Both the position numbers and the translations under genes were made by a program. A stretch of DNA of 63,048 bases, filler included, from Choristocarpus tenellus KU-1152 (Eukaryota > Protista > Phaeophyceae): the NCBI GenBank assembly GCA_964200185.2. It is 10 parts of 10 records of this genome, joined end to end, with 100 filler letters (N's around TTAATTAATTAA, not from the genome) between each part and the next. Parts side by side here need not be neighbours in the genome. Positions count along the whole stretch, not along the records: positions 10,761 to 17,087 come from CAXNAD020008382.1; positions 17,188 to 25,949 come from CAXNAD020004352.1; 8 more parts are not named here. One strand, 5' to 3'. The number at the start of each line of letters is the position of its first letter. Position 1 is the stretch's first letter. The notes beneath the pieces are model-generated. The model was not told the origin of the DNA. It searched no databases and worked only from the letters and a program-made list of their open reading frames with translations. Shown in pieces: positions 13,697 through 26,049 of this stretch.

Positions 13697-16600
13697 CATA
13701 CATACATACATACATAAAACATAGTACATATATACATACATAATACATAAATGTTTTTTATGGAGTCCTTACCCTGTCGAGGACTACTGAGTGTGATGCT
13801 AAACACTATACTACAGGTACGTTCAATGCGGAAATGATAAAAATAAACTGTATCTTGAATGCTTCATCACTCAGCGGTGAATGTTCACTGTCTACCACTG
13901 TAATGTCATGTGTATTTGTGCGTGTGCAACAGTTTTGTTGGAGGTTGGAGTTGTGCATACCTTTTTACTTTTCAAGGTATAACTCTCAAAGTGCGTCAAT
14001 GAGTCTCTTGATTGCCATCTGTTCTTCCATGCTATAACTTATTTGCACTTTAAGAGGTATACCTCTCAAAGGGGACTTAGTAGCATACGTGTTTGAAGTG
14101 CAAGAGCAGTGGAATGTATCAACCCCCTGTCAATTGACCGATTGGTCCATCCTTAGTTTTTGTTCCAGTGAACTAATATAAAGCTGCAATTGAACTTGCT
14201 CTCCTAGGAGCATTTTTTCATTTACCAGACACTAATTATATACAGGGCAATTACATAGAGGATTAATAATTGGTGGAAGTATGTGCTATTGTTCTTCTAC
14301 CAGTATGTGCATTGGATATCTGTATCAAACCTGAAACATAAATGTTGCTGAACGTTGAAGGCCTGCTGGGGCTTGCTGTTGCTCAGCCTTGATTTACTTA
14401 GATCCTATCTGTATGTAGGGTACTATTACATTACAACACAACCCCTCCTCCCACATGCACCCTCCCAGAGACCCGTGAAGCCAAAAAATGGGTGTATGTT
14501 GCATCAGTGATGCTGTCAAGTAGGCCTAAATATCCCATCTGTCTGTGCTCAGTTGCTTATTTTCGTTTTTCCATCCTCGGCAGCTTTTTTTTTTCTTTGT
14601 TGCCGATAGTGACAAATCTTACCGTGCCAACCTCTGTTACAATACAACCCCTGTCTCATTTTTTTCAAGAAGTTGGGAGGCGTGGCCATGCCCTGTGGTT
14701 GAATTCTCGACAGCTTCGATTCATGAGACCAGCTCGAGAATTTTATGGCTAGGTTGAGAAAGTGGATGAGATTGCCAGTAACCGAATCCTACAGTCAAAA
14801 TAATAAATAGAAAGTAGGATGTTCCAGTGGTGGTAAATATTTTAATCTCCACATTCCCTGGTGCAGTACCACTGTTGTACTGGGTCGGTCACATTTATTG
14901 TAAGCATTGCAATTGGTACCACTTTTAGTATTTCTATTCTACTAATTTTCTTCACAGGACATGGTCCTTATATACTAGATATCTCCGTGGTGGCATTCCA
15001 GTCCCCTCACATCTCCTGAGATTTTTCGTTGTTGTCATTTTGATATTGGTAACTATTGCCGTGCTGCTGCCCCACCCATTCCCCTTCCACCTCTAGCATC
15101 TTAGTGTTGTGCATTTTCATACCTCTCTTCTCAGTGAAGAGAAAAAAAGGTTTGGTGTCGAAGGGGTTTGAACCCTCGAGATTCAGGCAGGGAGCAACAG
15201 CAAAACAAAATGGTTCTATAACTGGCTCTATTCGGGTACTGCGGTCAGCTACCTTACCCGGATTTCAATAGCTTAGCTTCACCCCGAAATAATTATCGCT
15301 GTTATTATTACATGTTATTGAAATTTGTCATCACTGTTACTATTTTTTTGTCTCCCCTCACGCCTGGTAGGGGTTGTTGCCCTTATTTGTACATTTTTTA
15401 CTCTTAGTATCCGTGCTCTTACCATCCCGCCTATGCTGTTCCTGTTTTCAAAATGCTGCAATTGGACTCGCGCCCCCAGCTCATAGGTACCCTAGAGGCG
15501 GAGACTGGATATCGTTTGAGGGTTCTATGCCAACATTATCCAGATACTCCAGGCCTGGCTGTGAAGGACTACTGGAAGGTGTTCCCACATCCCTTTGAAC
15601 CTATTCGGCCTAGGAATTTTTTGACTTCATGTGGTGCAAGTGTTTTGAGGTTGTGCTTTGCTGGCATTTCAAATCCAACACGTGTGACCAAATCACACCA
15701 AAAAAGTGAAAATCAAAAAAAGGGTGAAAAACGGACTCCGACACCCCCCCCCAGGTACTTTGACCCAGTCACTGGTACCAATTGCTGGTGATGTTGAAGC
15801 AGTTAATGTGATGTTGAAGGAGTTGGTGTGATATTGAAGTATTTATTGTGATATTGAAGTAGTTATTGTGATGTTGAAGGAGTTGGTGTGATGTTGATCG
15901 AAGTAGTTAGTGTCTTTGTGCTGTGTTTTTGATTGCTGACTAGTACAGCGATTGCGACCAAACGCCATGGCATCTGCGCTCACTATTATTTTATTTTTTT
16001 TGTTATATTTCTTGGACAAATAAAAAAAATGTCTCTCTCCGACTGACACGTTATGTTTTTGTCAAGTTGATGTTTTCTTCCTCATTTTTGTTGCACATTT
16101 TTTCAACCAGAAATGTATTCAGGTGGGTCTTTCTGACCCAAGTACTTTTGGTCTATATTGTTAGTGGTCTCCAGCCCCTCCCCTAGTCATTCGTAGAGTC
16201 ATGAATCTTAGTGATAGAATGTGACTGACTTCCTACATTATCGTAGTTAACCATGAGTAGTCGAAACCGAAATTTGAGGTGCAATTTTCAATCTGTTGCC
16301 TTTTGTGCAACTGTGTGCTGCGCACTCTGCTTGCAGAGCTCGGCGATTTGTTAGAACTGTAGTAAAACCCCTGAGCTACCATGAAAGTCGTCACCTAACT
16401 ACTTTCATGGTAGCACAGGGAGTTACAAAGTTTTGCCAAGAGCTTAATTCCAGCGATCACAAGCTGTTAGACCTGGTGAGGTTTCACCCGAGGGTTGCTA
16501 TCCCTGTAATCAAGTGACTAACTTTGGTGGGGCAGTTTCAAGAGTGAGGTTGTGTATCCTGGTGGTGCGTGTTGCCTCTTGACAGATGTGTAACCTTAGC

Positions 16601-16965
16601 CAGATTTGATCCCACAGGAGTAGCGTCTGTTAGAACTTTAGTAAGATTCTAACACGGTTCAGTGTCTTGAAATTCATGTGCTGAGAATAAACAAGTTTGT
16701 TTTATTGATTTCAAGTTGGCCAATCAAATTTTTACTCTGAAAAATGGTTTTCGATTCACATCAATAATCACAATGTTGCTGATTGCCTTGCCTGACTGCT
16801 CACCTCCTATGCACTGACCCTAACCCTTGGAGGGATCAATGTATGGATTGATACTCTAACCTTATTTAATAGATTAATGCTCTTTTCTTACAATATGACA
16901 GGTGGACGACAAGACCATTGTCATGGTGGCGGACAAGGGTCCTGAAGATGCCAAAGGAGGAGGAG
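10761..16965 (+). CDS. Thylakoid lumenal 15.0 kDa protein 2 homologue (TPM domain, At5g52970-like), partial; exons ~10761-10918, 13214-13294, 15480-15578, 16902-~16965
   Basis: Phase-0 spliced product TRRGALKSTLSAALAVV...PEAQARKAGVNRP|DLLPKEQTNVIDLVNFLTKGEEKRMNK|LIGTLEAETGYRLRVLCQHYPDTPGLAVKDYWK|VDDKTIVMVADKG matches the family pattern GVNxPxLLPKE...TGFKLRVLAQNYPxTPGLAIKDFWxVDDxTIV. Twin-Arg motif plus AQA cleavage site. Both ends are lost in gaps. Confidence 0.9.
11390..11815. repeat. Diverged 76-bp tandem repeat (~4 units) within a weakly inverted-repeat-bounded element, in intron 1
   Basis: Units start at 11463, 11539, 11615 and 11691 (GATGGGCATGAACT...GTGGCCC..GTCATGTTGAAG). Outer GAAAGCATG / CATGCTTCC. 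Confidence 0.7.
12107..12361. mobile_element. Non-autonomous CMC/EnSpm-like element with short subterminal repeats
   Basis: CCCAG... and ...TTTGCTGG termini; repeated ACATGGTCCG/GACTGG motifs inside. Confidence 0.4.
13606..13750. repeat. (TACA/TACC)n microsatellite
   Basis: Imperfect tetranucleotide run. Confidence 0.95.
15141..15258 (-). pseudogene. tRNA-derived sequence (pseudo-tRNA or SINE head)
   Basis: Minus strand shows a T-arm GAGGG-TTCAAAC-CCCTT, then CGACACCA and a T7 run; 5' GGTAAGGTAGCT. The acceptor stem pairs poorly. Confidence 0.35.
15620..15766. mobile_element. Truncated poly-C subfamily MITE
   Basis: ACCAAATCACAC core and right terminus CCCCCCCCAGGTACTTTGACCC. Confidence 0.65.
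15788..15908. repeat. ~20-bp minisatellite
   Basis: About six copies of GTGATGTTGAAG.AGTT..T. Confidence 0.85.
16290..16720 (+). mobile_element. Probable LTR relic (related copy at ~26380-26690)
   Basis: Shares TGTAGTAAA(A)CCCCTGAGCTA with 26461-26481. AATAAA at ~16686, then ...TTTCA|AGTTGG, resembling an LTR end/PBS. Confidence 0.35.
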
Positions 16966-17087
16966 GTGAAGTGCTTGCATGGGCAAGGACAAAGACTACT
17001 ACATCTTCCTTTCCCCCCCCCCCACCTAATTAGAATATAGAACCATACGACTCTCTGGTAACACCGATGGATGCCTGCCACTTCAAG

Positions 17088-17187
17088 NNNNNNNNNNNNN
17101 NNNNNNNNNNNNNNNNNNNNNNNNNNNNNNNTTAATTAATTAANNNNNNNNNNNNNNNNNNNNNNNNNNNNNNNNNNNNNNNNNNNN
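17088..17187. other. Artificial contig spacer
   Basis: N44-TTAATTAATTAA-N44. Confidence 0.98.
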
Positions 17188-17238
17188 CCCTGATTGGCCC
17201 ACCGGCCCGGCTTCGGGGTGCCCGTCCACCCCCTTTAC

Positions 17239-20200
17239 CTCCCCACGATATTGGCAATCCCATCTCCTCCTCCATGTGATGCTGTAACCATGCCTGCCAA
17301 TTGGAAGAGTTCCAATTAGTTCCTTCAGAGTAGGGTACAGGAAAATGTGGTTTGTTTCAACCCTTTCAACTAACATCAGAAAATTGATGCTCTTACACAG
17401 CTGCAGTAGACCACCAAACCATCTTTGGAGCTCCAAAAAACACAGACCTGAGATGGCAAGGTCTTGGTCACAAATCCTGCAGCATGGTCAAGAAGAAGAT
17501 TGCGATCCCTTGGGTTTGAGACACAAAGACTCTGTTCAAACATCCTTGATTTCATTGGAGACGGGTCCCTTCCCCGCCTTAAGTTGTGCTGACTCATGTC
17601 CTCAGAAACACTCTCCTTGGGGTTGGGATTCTTCTTCTTTGAGTCCTTGGTACACAGCACAAGGTCATCAATAAGCATGCATGAAGCACAATCTTTTTAG
17701 TCACACCCTTGAAACAAATAATGAGTACTCTCCATGACTTTGAAATAAATTAAGTTTTGGTCCCTCAGGCAACAAAGGTATTTATGTACCTGATACCTAT
17801 ATATATAATTCAAAGTACATGGAAAAACTATCAAATCTCCTATAAATATGGAAGAAAATTCCAGGAAAAGAGGGCAACAATACGTGTATCAGAGTGTACT
17901 AAGAGAACTTTCTGGCCAACCTGTAGAATTTCCACACCTGCCAGAAGAGGAGATTATCCCATCCCCCTTTGATAGCCTCCCCTAGTCCCTCTCCATGACT
18001 TTCCCCATGACCTTTGGACTGTATCTCCTGCTCTTCTTCCTTCCTTTTCAAGTCTGCTGAATGATCAGATTCAGATACCTGAACAGTGCCAACAGAATGG
18101 TCCATGTGCAAGGAGAAGACTTAGTGTACCTCAACAACATGCTGATTCTTTCGGGGAAAAATAGATCATAGGCATGGCATCCCTTCATTGCCTACCCTAC
18201 TGTGCGATGACTGTATGTTGAGGACTCTGGAGAAGGTTTAGAGCCAGAATGGCCACTTTGAGATTATTAGGAGTCACATACCTCTTCCCTACATACAAAA
18301 GCACAGCTGCCAGGCCTATGCAGCGAGGATAGATTGGTAGCATCCTCCTTGAATAAATTTCTAACGAATCAACAATATGCTACTATTCACTTTGTCCTTG
18401 TCGAAAATGTGCCATTCTATCCCATGTGCCAAGATTCATCCCTACAAGTGGATCGCAAGACAGAACAATTAAGGGTTGAGGCATCTCATGGGATTGGGGC
18501 TTTAGGAGGAAATGTCCAACGTCCAAGAGGCGTACCTCTGACGGAAGGATCGATAACTTTGTGCTGGACTTCCTGCAGAAATGGTTTATTCCCATGCAGC
18601 TCTTGCAGAAGGTCAGCATGCATATCCGGCATTTCTTTGGCTTTGGCTGCTTTGAGTTGCACTGACAGGAGTGTGTCAAAAGCACAAGATAACAAGTCAA
18701 ACACACACTTCATGAGTTGGGTGAACAACTCCAACAAGTACAGGAGAGACTAGGATAGTGTCAGACCCAGTTGCTGCCAGCTGCACACGACACAGGCAAG
18801 AGACAAGGATCAATTTTCCTCCTCACTGTGGGAAATCTGAGATGCCAGGGAACTCTCATCCTATGTATCAATCATTGCAGACCACAGTTCCATCTGTGCA
18901 AAGAAGAATAAGCAGATATCAAGAGATGAACAGAACAATTGTCTGAGAACATCCTCCACCAAAACAAGATACACACCTGTAGGCACACAACTCCTCGAAG
19001 GACATGCAAGGCTGCTGAACCCACGTTCACACCAGCTAAAGATTGAAGGTGGCCACACCACAAGTATTTTTCGTATTTGGGGGGGATGGAAAGGAAAGAG
19101 GCAGGAACAGAAAGGTATGTAAGTTAAGTTAAGTTAAGTTATGTTATGTTGAGGTGATAAAAAAAAAGAAAAGAAAAGAAAAAAACAGCTCATGTCAATT
19201 GCAATCGATGGAAGGGGATCTTTTCTGATAAAGCACCTTTCCATAACCTATCTACAATGTTGCAGTAGAGAGTACAACCTCATCCCTACCAAAACATCAA
19301 AGCCACTGGGACACAGATTCTTCTCCATATTGCCTCCTTCATGCTCACCCTCAGCTAGCAACCCTTCTGGGGCACATGCCTCTCGTGACAGGGCTTCTGG
19401 TGTCAACATCCTGCCACCATAGGCCCGAGTCACTCCCCCACTCAGTTCCATAGCCCCACCACACAAAAGGAGTAGTCTGGTCACATCTGGTCGGTTATGA
19501 AGGGCGGCAAGGTGCAAGGGAGACAGAAGATGCTTGTCCACACCATTTACATCTGCTCCACACAGTCCCTGTTGCACACAAGAGATTTGGGGATGACAGT
19601 CACCATTGTGTATGACACACCTCCGGCACTTGTTGACTATATCTTGAGCCCAAAACATTTGTGACACTAGTGACATTAGTGGGGGCAAAAAACCTTTGTG
19701 AGGATAAGGGCCCAGCCAGGCACACCCTGCCGGCTCCATGCCTGTACTTACCTCAAAACATACCAGCGCACTGCACCCCCAGCCTGTCTGTCATTATGGA
19801 TAACCAGGGATGAAATGCACAAGGAAATCTTTATAAACAGAATTTATTATAAACAGACCACAAAGATCTTGTTGTAGGATCAATTAGACTACTGTCTAAG
19901 AAATTGTATATCGTGTGCTCAGTATGCAATGAAACCCAAGACGAATCAGTGGAAGGGCGGGATTACGAGCTGGTATGATTCAAGGTTTAAATCCCCAAGG
20001 TAATGTTGCAGACCAATCCACCAGCAAATCCCATTCTAAGCTTTGACAGAATACAAATGATCAACTAACCAATCCACAGCACGTACAGGAAGTAACGGTA
20101 GAAGTGAAACCAACCAATCCATATCACTTACAGCAAGTAATTGTAGAAGAAAATCCCTAACCCCCAAACAACTGAGTCCCTTCGCAAGAGTTCACCTCCA

Positions 20201-23200
20201 CAAATGCTTGCCATCAGGTTTTGAGTCCAAATCAGAGATTCCTGCCAACCAGGGTTCATTGTCTACCAAACCCTGTAAGGGAGAAGAAATATCTTGCTAA
20301 TCATACAGCATACATACATGACATACATGACTCACACAGCAGTAATCACAAAAAACACCTTTAGACAACCCCCTCAATCCTCTGCAGCCAACTACAGTAT
20401 CTCACCAGCATAAATGCAATAGCCTTGCCATGAGCCCCATGGACGATTGCAAATCGCAGCATCTCATTGGCAAGGCACATGCACTCATGGCCCCCACCTG
20501 CCACCACTGCATGTTGGAGCCAGGTGATGCGTAGTTTATCCCAACCCTGAGAACGATTGACACCTAAGATTGCATCCTAGATAGTGCAAATACCAAGAGG
20601 ATGCAGAAAGGATGCAGAAAGGATGCAAATGAGAGGCGTACATTACCATAAGGTACTTAAAGGCTAATGCACTTAAAGGCTAAGGTACAAGACACACGCA
20701 TCAACAAGTGGTGAGCTGAACAGTATAAGGTCACCCACCAGTGAAACATTTCTGAACTGTGGTCCACTGGAGGAGCCTGGAGGAGCTAAAGACATAAATT
20801 ACAGACTGGAAAGGGATAAAGTTTGTTATTTGAGAGAAAGGGAGAGATGGACATCACATTGGGCACCACTGCAACCATTGGAGGTGGGTTAGCCATAGAC
20901 CATCTTGTGAACAAGTTTTCCCACCCCACTGCCCCCCTCATACATGGACACGGGTGTATAAACAAAAAACAATACTAGGTAGTCCATTGTCCTCAAAGCT
21001 GAGTAGTAGTCTAGTAGTAGTCTATCAGTAGTCTATCAGCTTCCTTGATTTGAATGGCCAAATTAAGGTCAGACTTCCATTTCAAGAAAATCTGGTTTTG
21101 ATGGGCCATGTAGAAGGCACTACAGAAGGGTACAACTGTACCCCCTGTCTGTCCCTATACCACCAAAAAGTTTACAGAAGATCATCAACCATGGTGGCAA
21201 GGCTTCATTGCAGCCAGGCAAGAAGGGCACAATATTCAAGGAGGCGGAGCGATGAGAAATGGGACGACTTAACCTAACACACCAGAACAGATCAAGGCAT
21301 ACACTCGGCACTGCAATTAGTTGTAGTGCAATGTGTAGCGCCTCTGACCACACACAGGTTTGATCTAGGTCAGCCCAAGTGAGTAGTTTCAAGTATCAGA
21401 CTAAAGCAACATAATAATCCATGTGTGAATTCAACTACTTGATTGCCTCAAGCAAAGAGAAGCACACCTGTAAGTCAACTTTCCCCACAAGGAGGTCACT
21501 TCCAGCTTTCCCGTACAGGTCCACAACCCCATCTATTACGCAGGCGTTGGCCCTAAGGACCAGGAGTAGGTCAGGTACCATCGACAGGGATCGAGACGGA
21601 AATGGATCAAATGGTACCAAATTATCCTCTTTCTCTGTAGACAGAGGTGTCCCCACTGCTCCCACTCCGCCTTCTTCCCCTTCTCCCTCCATCTCTGTGC
21701 TGCATCCACTGGAAAGAGCATGCACCACCACCTTGCACAAAGCAATTTCACTACTATTATTAGTCTTGATGCATAAAATTATATGGCAGTGTCAAATCAG
21801 AAGGCAACATGTATTGCAGTACAGCAAGAATACTAAAATGCATGTAAGAGAGAACCAGCCATGAGACAAACCACCACACAAACCATGACACAAGTATCCC
21901 CTTCCTATTTAACAGTAATATGCACAGCTACGAGTGACACTAGTGAAACAGTCAACCACTTGCTCTTCGCTAGTCTGCTGACTCTTATGGTGGAGGTTAA
22001 AACTTCTCCACAACCTATGTTCCTACCTCCTCCTCATCAACATCCACAGCAATGAGCCTGAATTTCCTCAACAACCCTTCCTGGTCTAGGTAGAGAAGTT
22101 TCTCTTCCATCACTGACAGGAGTGACACGCACAACCGGAGGATGGGGTTGCGAGCACTAGAGAGGAAAAGGTCTAGGGCTGCAAGGGCCACCAGTGGGCG
22201 TGCAGCAAGACCAAAGAGTGTGGTGATCCACTCCAAGGCATAGAGGGGAGCAGAATAATTTTGGGCCTGCTCAGGTATGTGCCGTAAAATGCATATCAAG
22301 CAGAGGGTTAGAGGTAGGAGTGTGTGGAGCATCAAGGCAAGATCGATATCATACCAAGGGAGACACCATGCAACGAGACACATGACCATTGTCCACTTGG
22401 TCCCAAGTATCAGGTACTATTGACTCTGAAACAAGTCAAGAACCATGGTGATGGTGGCAAGATTGGTGATGGGTAGGAAATAACTAAGCCTGAAACACAA
22501 TTTCATAATCAGTACATTACACCCCAAGTGATAACAGAATGAAAGAGCAGCAAAGGTCATGGGACTGAATAACACGTTTTGTTGATTGCTATGACTTCAT
22601 GTTGCGTTGTTCTTGGAATGGTTTGGATACACCACACAAACAGGCAAGCAACACAAAAAATGCAAGAATATGATAGTGAGGAGGTCAACACTTTGTTTTT
22701 TGTCCTGTTGGTGAGAGGGTGAACATGGAAATCAGAGGGATGCACTTAGATTGTTGCACAGGAGCTGCCTAGAAATAGAGTTATCTACAGGTTCCATGAG
22801 GCATCACCACACAACAATACTCATATGTAAATGACTTCAAGTTAGTTCTCTCACCCAAACAATCCCGATTCAACATTCCATGTAATGGGCCTGGTCCTGA
22901 CACAACAATTAGCTGTACTTCTCACAAGAAGTCCTACAATTGTGATGGATAAAGATGCCAACAAGGAACTTTGCAGGCCTTCACACATCTTTGAGTATTA
23001 TATTATACCTACCTGCCATCTCTCATCAAGGTAATGCCCCAAACCCCACCCCTGTCATTTAGGATGCATTATATGGCACCCTCATTTTGGCAGATCTTAC
23101 ATGAAAATGACACGAAAATACAAGCTTCAGGTTCGAGGTTTTAAATCAGTACCACCCTCAAAATAGTAATGATACACCAAGTGTTGAGGTCAAACCATGG

Positions 23201-24876
23201 TCACCTGTCAGTCAAACATCACAACACACTACTTGCAAGAATTTTCAGTAAGATCAGGTCAGGAGAAACAACTGTAGTCTAGTTTGTGTCAGTGAAAGTA
23301 GTCACTAGGGGCAGGTAATAGGGAAAATCTAAGGGCGCCTGGCATATTTATACACTAGGGAGACAAAGACTGTGATAAATGTGATCTAACCTTAATCAGG
23401 ATGTGGACCGAGACAGAGGCATGAAGATTTTGAAGAGGGCATCATCATACTGCAAGCATCAGAAGTGCACTTTGCCTTCTTTCAGTAGTTCCAATCAGTA
23501 AGGAGTAGACATGATTCAGATATATTGCTGGCAACATGGCTGCCTCAGACGCCAAGTAATAAACCCCTCAAGGAATACTCATATGTGAGTTATATAAGGA
23601 GGAAGAGTGCCAAGTGAGGTGCCAAGCCACACCTAAGCATCATACTCACCTCGAAGTGAGCAGCTAGCTTAGGTAAACAGCGCCGCAAATGCTCCTCAAA
23701 TCTTTCCAGGTACTCTGTTAGGACAGGCACCTTAGTAGAGGGAGTGAGGAAACAATAGGTTCGTGTGGGTGTATGCTACAACATAGTAGTGGCAACATCA
23801 AGTCTTTTCAACATGCCCTCTTCTGTCTCTCCCGAATGTTCTTGTCCTGTTGAAGTAGGTTTAAGCCGAACGCTTGATACACCCTCAGGAAGGTATTGAA
23901 ATGAAATGTGAACCCTCACCTCCTGCAGTATATACCTTTCCCTACCTCTTTCCTGTAGATACCATGCAGGTGACGCTGCCTGAGAGCATAGAGGAAGAGA
24001 CAGAAGGTGTCCTGCTCGGGGAGACCAGCTTTGAGCATAACATCAACAACGTAGTTTTCTCCCTGGCAATAGCCCATATCGTCCACCTTGGCTATCGCAT
24101 TGAGGACCCTGTGACTGGTCAAGGCAAGTTCTTCCTTCGGCTTACCAGAGAAGTCAAAAAACAACCCAGCATCTACCCGTACTGTGCGTAATACGTCCCT
24201 GCAAGGAGGATGGTAGAACCGACATTTTAAAAGGGAATACAGAGCGTAGGGAACGCACATATTTTTGGCAAAGGGAATAACGTCAACGTTTATTGCTAAA
24301 GAATCAAGTCTGGATGCGAATGCGTCCAGTTCTAGTGCAGCAAACCTGGTATCATCTACATCAGGCGATCAACTTCATCGTGCTTCGGGAAGGAGGAACC
24401 GCTTTCCAGAAATCAGCTCAATATGGATTTCGTGTTAACCGTTTCCTGCACTCTTCACTGGAAGCGAAAGGGCTGCCTGCATTGATGTCCCATATTTCGC
24501 AAGTTTGGGGCATACTTCAATTGGTCTCAGCTGGTGACACTTGCCTCGAGATCTCGTCCTCCTCCTTCGACGGCGCTCCCCTTATTACGCTGTACATAGC
24601 CCTGTAGCTCAGCAAGAGCGCTGTAGGGATCCTTTCCATCCATGTGATACCAGTGCAAAGCTCTTCTAGGGCTTGCCTGTCTCCAGGCGCTAGCTTGGAT
24701 TTTACCGTACCTAACTGGGCGATTTTGCAGGGGTACAAACGACTTGTCAAAACCCAAACCCAAAGGTTGATGATCTACATCAATTACGATATTTCACCAA
24801 GCAAGACTCTCACCTTACTCCTTACTCTCTTCCAGAACGGAGTCCTCCCATAGTGTGTGTGCAGCTGCTTGGTCAT
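17239..24876 (-). CDS. TBC-domain Rab GTPase-activating protein with ankyrin repeats and a Cys/His zinc finger, 3' partial; exons 24876-24814 (uncertain), 24774-24545, 24198-23946, 23730-23650, 22266-22027, 21731-21468, 20576-20406, 19568-19349, 19035-18977, 18661-18536, 18078-17938, 17645-17448, 17293-17239
   Basis: All junctions are phase-compatible. TBC motifs EISRDVLRT, MGYCQGENYV, LPKLAAHF, YALEWITTLF; ankyrin GADVNGVDKHLLSPLHLAALHNRPDVTRLLL; finger CLQC-x9-CRIC-x4-CKSC-x4-HFC. The first exon needs a 39-nt intron and is tentative. Confidence 0.88.
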
Positions 24877-25949
24877 TTCGTACACTTAGTTTCTATTTGA
24901 TGTCTGGTACCCAGGACTTATCCATGTTAGGTGGAGAATAACATTGAATATTGTATTGTTATTACTATCATACATCAAAAGGTCTACTCGTCCTCTCTTA
25001 TCTATTAAAAAATTCTGTAAAGAACTACTTTACACAATTATATTATATACGTATGGATACCTCGTATAGACGCGTATGATGAGCTGTGTGATGTTATGGC
25101 ACAAAATAGATTCCTTCTTGACTCCTTCATCCTTTTTTGGTCCCAATATGAAGATCCTACTGGGTGACAAGGTATGCAAATTCATCAACTGATATGTCGT
25201 GATGTCTACACCACCCTTAAAAAAATCCTCACAAAGTAACAGAGACAATGCCACTCCAGATTCATCTGATGTATCTGCCTATTGCAACAATTTGGTATCT
25301 GGAATCTTCTGTCAATTTATTGGACCCTGCCTTGAAAATCCTTCCACCCCCTTAACATAGAGGGTGGCGTGCAAGTGACCAAGCTCAAGCAAACTTCCTG
25401 AAAGAAAGCCTGGGAAAAAAAGGGAAGGGAATGGAAACAACTGTGCACAGACCCCCAAAATGCCACCTTCAAGAAGGCGTTGAAGTGAGGGTGTCTGCCT
25501 TGCAGTGCTTTCTTGACACCTACACCACCAGGAAGATGGATTGTCCACGTAGTTCAGATAATTATCCACCCGCTCTCTATAGTGGGTGAAGGGTGGTCTG
25601 GGTCTGAACCCCGGTTACAAAGACAGATTCTCTTCGCTGGAAATTTGACTTTTTTGGAACATGGACCAAAGTGCAGTGGGAAGGTACACCTGGACCCATC
25701 TAAATAATAAAAAGGAGTTGTGAAAGATCCACGCGCTGGACAAACCATTATTAGAACTCGTTTGTGATCCACAAATTAGAAGGCAATAATATATATTGTT
25801 TGTGATTTTATAGAAAGCCCAGATGTGTACAAATTTTAAGTTGTGATTTAGTATGAACAAGTGGATGCAAATCTTCCGTTACTTGTAACAGGTCTTTCTC
25901 AAAATTGAGGATGGTGCAGGACTATTAGGATGGTTGTTTTGCGAAAACG

Positions 25950-26049
25950 NNNNNNNNNNNNNNNNNNNNNNNNNNNNNNNNNNNNNNNNNNNNTTAATTA
26001 ATTAANNNNNNNNNNNNNNNNNNNNNNNNNNNNNNNNNNNNNNNNNNNN
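25950..26049. other. Artificial contig spacer
   Basis: N44-TTAATTAATTAA-N44. Confidence 0.98.

Noticed and set aside
13790-14320. Possible transposase motif (HGRTDG) on the minus strand
   Set aside because: Too degenerate to assign.
24527-24763. Alternative minus-strand frame (GLGFDKSFVP...) as the TBC 5' exon
   Set aside because: Only the 24517-24750 frame supplies EIS(R) in phase with DVLRT.
25030-25860. Overlapping short ORFs upstream of the TBC gene
   Set aside because: No consistent frame, splice pattern or recognisable motif.
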